From Bacillota bacterium (GTDB taxonomy: Bacteria; Bacillota; UBA994; UBA5500): a stretch of 63,365 nucleotides of DNA. The notes under the pieces were generated by a model. It searched no databases. It saw only the letters and a program-made list of their open reading frames with translations, and was not told where the DNA came from. The translations under genes were made by a program, and so were the position numbers. The first letter of the stretch is position 1; every line of letters begins with the position of its first letter. The stretch lies in contig JAWLDB010000002.1 in the NCBI GenBank assembly GCA_041686915.1, positions 1-63,365 on the forward strand, given 5' to 3'. Shown here in pieces: positions 26,180-33,438 of the stretch.

Positions 26180-26207
26180 TAGTATATGCATTGGAGTTAT
26201 AGCACGT
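26180..26207 (-). promoter_or_regulatory. Sigma-K-like promoter candidate
   Basis: On the minus strand, AC - 17 nt - CATATACTA. It shares AACTCCA just upstream of the -10 with the 24929..24956 candidate. Confidence 0.45.
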
Positions 26208-26235
26208 GAGCCACTCTTGAAGAGCAAAGACGAGC

Positions 26236-28080
26236 CTATGGCCCGCCCTTAAACCTCTGCCTATGTAGTCCTAGTCCCATCAACCTGCCCATGTAGCTGC
26301 CGAACGAAATGTCCCTAAACCTAGACAACTGCTGATCACATCCGCACAAGTCCTGTTCAGCCATTGCCAGCCGTTCAAACTGCCTGGAAAGGGCTGCCTG
26401 AACCTTGCCAGTAGGCACCGCAAACTTTTCCTGCCGCTGCTTCAGCCAGCGCAGTGCCTTGTCCGTCTGGCCGCGTAATCTTTTGCTTGCTACGCTTCTG
26501 CGCTTTGCTGCGCGAGCCTCCTGGTCGGTAGCACTCTCATCCAACAACCGATACAGGCCCCCATATTTCCGTGTGATTAGAGTAGCTTCCCGGCCATATG
26601 CCAGAGAGGCCTGTGCCAGTTCCCTCACTTCGTTCAGGCGATAGTTTTGGCGACGCTCCTCTAGCTCTAGCAATGCTTCATCCAGCTCGCTATCAATGCT
26701 TTGCAGTGCCCGACGCTCCTGCTCTAGGGCGTTTTCGAACCGATCTTTGAAGAGAGACCTGTCAGCTTCTTCAGCACGCTTGTATCTGGCCCGCCGAGCC
26801 TCCAGGCGGTGCATACGCCAACCCTCTAGCCGCAATCTCCATCTGAGAGATTGCCTTTCCTGTTGGAGTAAACGTTTGTGGCGCACCACTGGCTGCATCT
26901 GGTATCTGCACCAGAGGCCAACCAAAGCCAGAAAGCTGCTTCCTCCTGCCAGGTATCCGGCCGTGGTGAGGACGAGAGTTCCCTGTACGGCTGAAGACGC
27001 AACTGCCGCGTTAAATAACAACCAAAGCCCAGCCAACAGGCGTTCTTTCAGCAATCCGCCCTGCCATCCGGATGGCTGTTCGGGGGTAAGGTGATCCAAC
27101 ACCCAACTTGGTCCAGCAAAGGCTGAATGGGTGGTCATTGCCTGCTCTCGCAGGTTTGTACGGGTCTTAAAGATGCGCATTCGTTGCCGACGCTTGGCCA
27201 ACCGCTCAACCTCTGCAGGCTCTGGCGCTGGCACCTTAGCAGGGTCAAGCTTGAGGAAGTCGCACAGGCCAGCCGCCAGTGCCGGTATGCTCTCCTTGCA
27301 TCCGGCGAGCAGCTTCCAGACTTCTGTTCGACCAGGTTGTTCCAGGTCGTCCTTGCGGAGCAAAAGGTGCTCATCACCGGAAAGCTGCCAGAGTGCAGGC
27401 TCGTAGCTAAAAGCAAGTAGAGATAGATAGACCAACCACCCTGAGAAATTGTCCAGCCAGGGGCCAAAGTGCTGGCTGTCTCGCAAAGGATGTTGGTAGT
27501 TGCGGTGACCCAACTCATTGCTGCCCACATTGTTCAGGGCAGGGACGTACATCCCATCATAGTCAATCAGAGAGAGCTTCCCCTCGTTCACCAGTACGTT
27601 TCCGTGCTGCAGATCTCCATGCGCTACTCCCTGTCGACGCAGGTCCTGCAACATCCTCAGCCAGTCGTCAGCCAACGTCTTGAGCTTCTCTGGTCGTGAA
27701 AGGTTTTGCTGGATATAGGTGTTTAGCGGTAGCCCGGGCACCCAGTCCATCTTTAGCACAGGGTACCAGCGGCCCTGCACTTTGATGCCTTGCTCCAGGT
27801 ATTGAAAACCCGCTGTATAGGGCAGGCCAACCGTGCTCAGGTGCTGGCTGATTGCTTCATAGCGCCGCTGTTGGTCCGCTACCTGGCGTAGAAAACAACG
27901 GACCGCCCAATCGCTTCCACCATAGGAAATGCGATAGACACTGGCAAAGCCTCCGGTTACCGCCCGTGGCAACCCAAGGGGGGTTAGTTCAGGGCGACCT
28001 CCTCTAAGCTCGGGCAAGCTAAAACAGAGGGCTGGGCCCTGTACCGCTTCGTTATAGTCTTGTGGAGTAGGCCAGGGCAT
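26236..28080 (-). CDS. Ser/Thr-kinase-fold protein with two TM helices and a long Arg/Glu-rich helical tail (YegI-like)
   Basis: G-loop TGGFASVY, catalytic loop HGDLQHGNVLV, IDYDG at the DFG position. Hydrophobic hairpin LLAGLWLLFNAAVASSAV / AGYLAGGSSFLALVGLWC. The ATG at 28080 lies 5 nt after GGGGGGA. Confidence 0.8.
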   Translation of the reverse strand: MPWPTPQDYNEAVQGPALCFSLPELRGGRPELTPLGLPRAVTGGFASVYRISYGGSDWAVRCFLRQVADQQRRYEAISQHLSTVGLPYTAGFQYLEQGIKVQGRWYPVLKMDWVPGLPLNTYIQQNLSRPEKLKTLADDWLRMLQDLRRQGVAHGDLQHGNVLVNEGKLSLIDYDGMYVPALNNVGSNELGHRNYQHPLRDSQHFGPWLDNFSGWLVYLSLLAFSYEPALWQLSGDEHLLLRKDDLEQPGRTEVWKLLAGCKESIPALAAGLCDFLKLDPAKVPAPEPAEVERLAKRRQRMRIFKTRTNLREQAMTTHSAFAGPSWVLDHLTPEQPSGWQGGLLKERLLAGLWLLFNAAVASSAVQGTLVLTTAGYLAGGSSFLALVGLWCRYQMQPVVRHKRLLQQERQSLRWRLRLEGWRMHRLEARRARYKRAEEADRSLFKDRFENALEQERRALQSIDSELDEALLELEERRQNYRLNEVRELAQASLAYGREATLITRKYGGLYRLLDESATDQEARAAKRRSVASKRLRGQTDKALRWLKQRQEKFAVPTGKVQAALSRQFERLAMAEQDLCGCDQQLSRFRDISFGSYMGRLMGLGLHRQRFKGGP

Positions 28081-28099
28081 AGTTGTCCCCCCATCACAC

Positions 28100-28843
28100 T
28101 CAAGCAAGCTCTACCCGTATTACCGTTACATCGTCGTTCCTGATCTTGCGCCGCGACCGCAAGTCCCCGACAAAAGCCTGGAAGGTACCAGCTGACAGCG
28201 CAGCATCAAGCAGTTCCCATGGCCGGCCACCTGCGCAAGCATCCTTCAGCATCCAGGCAGCAACAGCATCTGTTAACAGATAGAAACGGTCTCCCGCCAA
28301 CCACTCTCCGGATGTGCAAATGCGTCCATGCTTTGCCTTTTTAACCAGATCAGGTCGACTACCGATCAGTTGCGGATTACTGCCAAACTGTGCTGCATCA
28401 ACGACTGGAAAACTACCAGCCCACTCACCACCGCTCACCTGTACCAGTAGACAATCACCCACCACCATTGCATGCCAGCGACCTCGGCACACGCCTCTCT
28501 CCCTCAGGCGTAAGCCCAGTAGCGTAGCAAACGCACCCTGCGCCAGTTTCATCTCGGCGTACCAGGGAAGCTGGTCGGTATTCACGGTTTCCAGCCACCT
28601 CTGCTGTAGCTTGGGCAGGTATTGATCAATTCGCTTCTCGCTTAGCCAGCCTTTACACCAGGCGCGGGTCAGCATGCGAGCCCAGAGTCCGGAAAAGGAA
28701 GCCTCGGTTGCGCCATCAGCTATAGCAAAGCTAAAGGCATCAGCGGAGCAAACAACGTCTTGGATGGGCCAGAAGGCATCTTCATATTCGTCAGGCTCAC
28801 ATCCTGCCTTAGGCAACCAGGCAACTTGTGACTTGATCTGCAT
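28100..28843 (-). CDS. PP2C-like protein phosphatase
   Basis: FAIADGATEAS, LLTDAVAAW and NDDVTVIRV match the metal-binding Asp blocks of bacterial PP2C_2-type phosphatases. Confidence 0.7.
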   Translation of the reverse strand: MQIKSQVAWLPKAGCEPDEYEDAFWPIQDVVCSADAFSFAIADGATEASFSGLWARMLTRAWCKGWLSEKRIDQYLPKLQQRWLETVNTDQLPWYAEMKLAQGAFATLLGLRLRERGVCRGRWHAMVVGDCLLVQVSGGEWAGSFPVVDAAQFGSNPQLIGSRPDLVKKAKHGRICTSGEWLAGDRFYLLTDAVAAWMLKDACAGGRPWELLDAALSAGTFQAFVGDLRSRRKIRNDDVTVIRVELA

Positions 28844-28851
28844 GTATTGTC

Positions 28852-29694
28852 CTAGCGCAGATTGCTGTCAGCAACCCGGGTGCCGATATCCAGGAAGTTG
28901 ATTAAGGATACCATGTCGGCGTTGAACACAAATCCACGCGCGCCCTGAAGCACCCGTTTGCCATCCTGCTCGGCCATACCACGCATTTGGTCTGGCAGCT
29001 CACTGGACAGATTGAACAGTACCTTGGCATACTGGTCCGGCAGCTCATCCGGGCTGCTTGGGAACTCGACCGGGGTTGACGGGGTAGAAGAAATGTGAAT
29101 GTTAAATAACAGCACGGGGCCATCGCTGGACCGCATCTCTCGCAGGTTTTGGGCCGCCTGCTCTGGATTGCCGTCGGTTGACTCGCCATCCGTGATGTTG
29201 ATAACGATGGGCGGATAGCAGTCGGGGTGCTGCGTCAACCAGCCTTGCAGGATGCGTTCGACAGTTGAAAGTGCCTTGCACATAGGCGTGCCACCTTTGG
29301 CTACTGCATCAAACCAAACCGGGAATTTGATAGTCTGAGTGACTAGCCCGCCGGCGCCGTCATCAATCTTACGGGTACGTTCCTCAATGCGCGCAGGCGA
29401 GTTAGCGATCTCGCTGATTGGAACGAGTTCTCTGCCAGCAATGCTTCCAGCAAAGGCAGGACTGACTTTGCCACCATAGCCAATTATGCCAATGTGATAA
29501 TAGTCACGCACCCCTTCGGACTTGGCGCACTTCAATACGAGATTTTGCAGCAGTCGATTGATGACAGTAGCCAGGCTGTCTGCCTTCTTTCTCCTAGTTT
29601 CATCTGGTAGCTCGTCCTGCATCGAGCCTGACTGGTCCAGACAAAACAGAATACAGGATGGGTTGGTGCGGCTGATCTCAGCAGAATACGGCAT
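28852..29694 (-). CDS. von Willebrand factor A (vWA) domain protein, cytoplasmic (TerY/YegL-like)
   Basis: MIDAS start ILFCLDQSGSM, later ...GGTPM... and ITDGESTDG blocks. No signal peptide. Confidence 0.85.
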   Translation of the reverse strand: MPYSAEISRTNPSCILFCLDQSGSMQDELPDETRRKKADSLATVINRLLQNLVLKCAKSEGVRDYYHIGIIGYGGKVSPAFAGSIAGRELVPISEIANSPARIEERTRKIDDGAGGLVTQTIKFPVWFDAVAKGGTPMCKALSTVERILQGWLTQHPDCYPPIVINITDGESTDGNPEQAAQNLREMRSSDGPVLLFNIHISSTPSTPVEFPSSPDELPDQYAKVLFNLSSELPDQMRGMAEQDGKRVLQGARGFVFNADMVSLINFLDIGTRVADSNLR

Positions 29695-29811
29695 AACTTT
29701 ACCTCCTTAAGGTCTGGTCTATAGAATATAGCATGAAACTTTAAGAATATCACCCTTCGAATTCTTGTTCTCTATAAAGGTATAGTTTTCCTGCCTGTAC
29801 CAATATTCACT

Positions 29812-29858
29812 TTTGCACAAAACAAGAACCCTCCACAGGTGGTTCCTGCGGAGGGTTA
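29812..29858 (-). terminator. Rho-independent terminator after cysS
   Basis: On the minus strand, AACCCTCC-(15 nt)-GGAGGGTT followed by CTTGTTTTGTG. Confidence 0.7.
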
Positions 29859-29862
29859 TCTC

Positions 29863-31266
29863 TTATGCCCTAGTTATTTCCATTCCTTTTACTGTATCCT
29901 TAACAGCGTAGCCCATTTGTCGCAGATGGTCGCGCAGTTCGTCGGAGCGCGCCCAGTTTTTGGACTCACGAGCGGCCTGACGCTCAGCAAGCAACTGTTG
30001 CACTTCGTCCGGAAGCTGTGCTAGGTCGAGCTTTGGCTCTTCTTCCACCTGTCCGGCGGTCAAATCAAGAGCTACCACCCGGTCCAAGTCTTTCGCCAGC
30101 GAGAACAGCTCAGGGCCTAGGTTGGCGCGAGTAGCTTCCCACAGCACTGCGATAGCCTTCGGCATATTCAGGTCATCGTTGATTGCATTCAAGAAGTCTG
30201 CCTTAACCTGCTCCCTGCGCTCAGCCGCGCCTTCAACCTTTGCCTGACCGGCACTCCTCTGTATCACCTTACGCAGGGAAAGTAGGCCTTTTTGAGCACC
30301 TTCCAGGGCTGACCACGTAAAGTTCAGCTGCTTCCCATAATAGGCGTTCAAGCAGAAATAGCGATAGGCCAGCGGCTCAAACCCCTTCTTGACCAGATCA
30401 TTAATTACATAGGCATTACCTAAGCTCTTCGACATCTTACCGCCATCAACCAGGAGGAATTCGCCATGCATCCAGTAGCGCGCCCCTGGAGCACCAGTGC
30501 AGGCTGCTGTTTGAGCGATCTCGTTCTCGTGATGGATGGGGATATGGTCTACACCGCCGGTATGGATGTCGAACAGGTCACCGAGATACTTCCTACCCAT
30601 GGCCGAGCACTCGATATGCCACCCCGGATAACCCATACCCCACGGGCTCTCCCACTGCATGATATGCTCCTTGGGGGCCTTCTTCCAGACGGCAAAGTCA
30701 GCCGGATGACGCTTCTCATCATTCACAGCAACGCGAGCACCAGCCTTTTGCTCTTCCAGCTTGATACCGGATAGCTGGCCATACTCCGGGTACTTACTAA
30801 TGTCGTAGTAGATGCCATCGCTGGTCTCATAAGCGTAGCCACGTTCGATCAGCTCCTGGACCATTTCAATCATTTCTTTGATATGCGTTGTAGCCGGGCT
30901 AGAGATAGTAGGCGGCTTGATGTTCAGGCGCTTGATATCCTCGGTGAACACTTCTGTATAGTAGGCAGCAATTTCCCAAGGCGACTTTTGCTCCTTCTGG
31001 GCAGTGACCAGCATTTTGTCCTCGCCCTCATCCTCATCGGACACTAGATGGCCTACATCGGTGATATTCATCACCATTTTCACTTTTAATCCGTTGTACT
31101 CAAGGGTGCGACGCAGGCTATCTGCAAAGATATATGCGCGCATGTTACCGATATGAGCGTACTGATAGACAGTGGGGCCGCAGACATACATTCCCACATG
31201 CCCGGGTTTAATAGGCTCAAAGCGTTCCTTTTTTCTGGTCATCGTGTTGTACAGCTGAATATCCAT
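29863..31266 (-). CDS. cysS: Cysteine--tRNA ligase
   Basis: HIGN (HIGH) and KMSKS motifs. The ATG at 31266 follows AAGGAGG. The upstream part of the listed ORF covers the T-box leader. Confidence 0.95.
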   Translation of the reverse strand: MDIQLYNTMTRKKERFEPIKPGHVGMYVCGPTVYQYAHIGNMRAYIFADSLRRTLEYNGLKVKMVMNITDVGHLVSDEDEGEDKMLVTAQKEQKSPWEIAAYYTEVFTEDIKRLNIKPPTISSPATTHIKEMIEMVQELIERGYAYETSDGIYYDISKYPEYGQLSGIKLEEQKAGARVAVNDEKRHPADFAVWKKAPKEHIMQWESPWGMGYPGWHIECSAMGRKYLGDLFDIHTGGVDHIPIHHENEIAQTAACTGAPGARYWMHGEFLLVDGGKMSKSLGNAYVINDLVKKGFEPLAYRYFCLNAYYGKQLNFTWSALEGAQKGLLSLRKVIQRSAGQAKVEGAAERREQVKADFLNAINDDLNMPKAIAVLWEATRANLGPELFSLAKDLDRVVALDLTAGQVEEEPKLDLAQLPDEVQQLLAERQAARESKNWARSDELRDHLRQMGYAVKDTVKGMEITRA

Positions 31267-31287
31267 TTCAGAACCTCCTTCTTGGCA

Positions 31288-31527
31288 AATAAAAAACGAC
31301 TCAAATCGTCTCAGAGACGATCGAGCCGTGGTTCCACTCTGTTTGAAGCCCAAAGGCTTCCACTCTACGGTTATAACGTAACCACCGGCCATGACCTACT
31401 AACATTAGCGTTCGGTTGGCAGCTCGAGGGGGCACGCATCAAAAGTAGCACGGGAGCTGTTGCAGCCTGGCAGCCCCTCTCTAAACGTGCCTGCACTATG
31501 ACACCATCCCTGTCATCGCCTGTACTT
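31288..31527 (-). promoter_or_regulatory. T-box leader (tRNA-sensing riboswitch) of cysS
   Basis: On the minus strand: GCGATGA (GA motif), TTTAGAGAGG (AG box), a T-box core AGAGTGGAACCACGG (about 31326..31340), then a terminator hairpin and T-run (GAGACGATTTGAGTCGTTTTTTATTT) just before the SD. Confidence 0.7.
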
Positions 31528-31533
31528 ACTATG

Positions 31534-31561
31534 ATTATAGCCACTTGGCAGGCAATGTCAA
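31534..31561 (-). promoter_or_regulatory. Sigma-A-type promoter of the cysS leader
   Basis: On the minus strand, TTGACA - 16 nt - TATAAT. Confidence 0.65.
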
Positions 31562-31633
31562 CCACAGGGTGAAAGAATTGCCCTGCGGGTTCATGCTATA
31601 ATTAGCATGCAATACATAACCGGAGGTGTCACT

Positions 31634-32209
31634 ATGAATCTTTATCAGGCCATTAAGGAACGCAGGAGCATCCGTAGGTACAAGCCTGACCAGGTTGATC
31701 GCGATTTGCTAATGAAAGTGCTGGACGCCGCTAATTGGGCCCCCTCAGGCCAGAACCTGCAACAGTGGAAGTTCTACATCGTATCAGGTGAGAAGCGTGA
31801 CCTAATAGCCAAAAGCTACGGCGATATGGTGGAGAAGAACTATCCACCTGCCGGCGAACGGACCAAACAGCAGGAGTTCTTCTCAAACTGGGCCAAGACG
31901 TACGGTGGAGCCCCGTTGATTATCGTTGCCACCATGCCGGTCGACGAAAACCCAAGGCGCCACAAAATGCACCTCGAAAGCGTATCAGCTGCCTTCCAGA
32001 ACTTATTACTTGCGGCTCATGCAGAAGGCTTGGGTACCTGCTGGATGACTGGTCCTCTGGGAGACGAAGCAACTATCCGTGCCATTCTTAACTTGCACGA
32101 GACCGAGGAACTGGTAGCGCTGACCCCACTGGGATATCCTGACCAAACAGTCAGTGACAAGCCACGCCTTGACCCATATCTGCAGGAGAAATTTATCTGG
32201 ATTGAATAG
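31634..32209 (+). CDS. Nitroreductase-family protein
   Basis: MNLYQAIKERRSIRRYK N-terminus and ...GLGTCWM... are typical of the family. The ATG at 31634 follows GGAGG. Confidence 0.85.
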   Translation: MNLYQAIKERRSIRRYKPDQVDRDLLMKVLDAANWAPSGQNLQQWKFYIVSGEKRDLIAKSYGDMVEKNYPPAGERTKQQEFFSNWAKTYGGAPLIIVATMPVDENPRRHKMHLESVSAAFQNLLLAAHAEGLGTCWMTGPLGDEATIRAILNLHETEELVALTPLGYPDQTVSDKPRLDPYLQEKFIWIE

Positions 32210-32211
32210 TC

Positions 32212-32238
32212 AAAGGGCCCGTCTGGGCCCTTTTTTTT
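32212..32238 (+). terminator. Rho-independent terminator
   Basis: AAAGGGCCC-GTCT-GGGCCC followed by T8. Confidence 0.85.
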
Positions 32239-32320
32239 ATTACCGAATGTCTGATGTATAAGCCAGCCCACAATTAGGTAACATAGTTGAACGAACAGAT
32301 ATCCGAGAGGATGATCCAAA

Positions 32321-32638
32321 ATGACCCCGCGTGACGGGCGACTAATTCTGGGTTTGGCGGTCTTAACTCTCACTTTGTTAGCTTTGCATGGCACAAACCC
32401 ATCCAGCGACGAGTTCCTGAGCTACGTACTGCAGTCTCCCTACACTGGCGATACGGACAACAAGTGGTCCAGCTCCCTGTGTGAACTGCTCTCCAATCGC
32501 TCCTTCGACTCGGTATGCACGCGCAAGGACTACGGCTTTTTTAGCACCTATCGGGTAGTCGATGGGCACAACAAAACAGATATATTGGGTATTGGCAATA
32601 TGTTCTTCAGACTTGGCGATGAGAGAATAGGGCGATAA
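32321..32638 (+). CDS. Small membrane-anchored hypothetical protein
   Basis: An N-terminal hydrophobic helix (LILGLAVLTLTLLAL) is followed by an ~80-aa domain. The resemblance to DUF4359-type proteins is only a guess. Confidence 0.5.
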   Translation: MTPRDGRLILGLAVLTLTLLALHGTNPSSDEFLSYVLQSPYTGDTDNKWSSSLCELLSNRSFDSVCTRKDYGFFSTYRVVDGHNKTDILGIGNMFFRLGDERIGR

Positions 32639-32646
32639 GGCCTTTC

Positions 32647-32677
32647 GGGCAGTCCGCGCGGACTGCCCTTTTGCTTT
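32647..32677. terminator. Bidirectional hairpin terminator
   Basis: GGGCAGTCC-GCGC-GGACTGCCC followed by TTTTGCTTTG. Confidence 0.8.
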
Positions 32678-32683
32678 GCTCAG

Positions 32684-33433
32684 TTACATCAGGCTCCATC
32701 CACCGTCAACTACCAACGTCTGCCCTGTCACATAACCGGCATCGCCCACCAAATAGAGCACAGCCCGTGCAATGTCCTCTGGCTGGGCGAATTTGCGCAG
32801 TGGGATCTTGCTGAGCCAGCGCTCACGTTCCGCATCGTCATCAAGCTGAAACCGTTCAACTACTTCATCGGTCAGCACAAAACCAGGAGCAACACTGTTT
32901 ACGCGAATTGTGGGCCCAAGTTCAAGAGCCAAACACTTAGTTAACATGATGATACCGGCTTTGGCGGAGCAGAAGTTTGACCCATTGGCTCGTGCGTCAA
33001 TACCTGTCCTTGAGGAGATGTTGATAATGGCTCCTCCTTGCTGCATTATGCGGGCAGCGGCCTGGGAGCAGAGAAAAGTGCCTTTAAGGTTTGTCTCGAT
33101 AACGTCATCCCACATCTCTTCAGTCATTTCCAGGATTGAAGCGTCACGGTTAACTCCGGCATTGTTCACCAGAATATCCAGCCTACCAGCCTGGTTGCGA
33201 ATGAGTTCGAACATTTTGTTGACATCTTTCGATTTCCCCACATTTGCCTGCAGGATTTCGCACCTGATGCCTAGACCACGCAGCTCATCCCGGGCATTCA
33301 GGGCCTCCCCCCGGCTGCGATTGTAGTTAAGAAACACAAATGCCCCTTGCTTGCCAAGCTCCTTGGCGATTGCCTTGCCCAAACCCCGGCTGCCGCCGGT
33401 CACGAGCGCTACTTTCCCGTTAAATTCTGTCAC
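32684..33433 (-). CDS. SDR-family oxidoreductase (FabG-like)
   Basis: TGGSRGLGKA cofactor motif, NNAG, and a catalytic S...F/YxxxK region (FCSAKAG). The GTG start lies 8 nt after AGGAGG. Confidence 0.85.
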   Translation of the reverse strand: MTEFNGKVALVTGGSRGLGKAIAKELGKQGAFVFLNYNRSRGEALNARDELRGLGIRCEILQANVGKSKDVNKMFELIRNQAGRLDILVNNAGVNRDASILEMTEEMWDDVIETNLKGTFLCSQAAARIMQQGGAIINISSRTGIDARANGSNFCSAKAGIIMLTKCLALELGPTIRVNSVAPGFVLTDEVVERFQLDDDAERERWLSKIPLRKFAQPEDIARAVLYLVGDAGYVTGQTLVVDGGWSLM

Positions 33434-33438
33434 TAATT

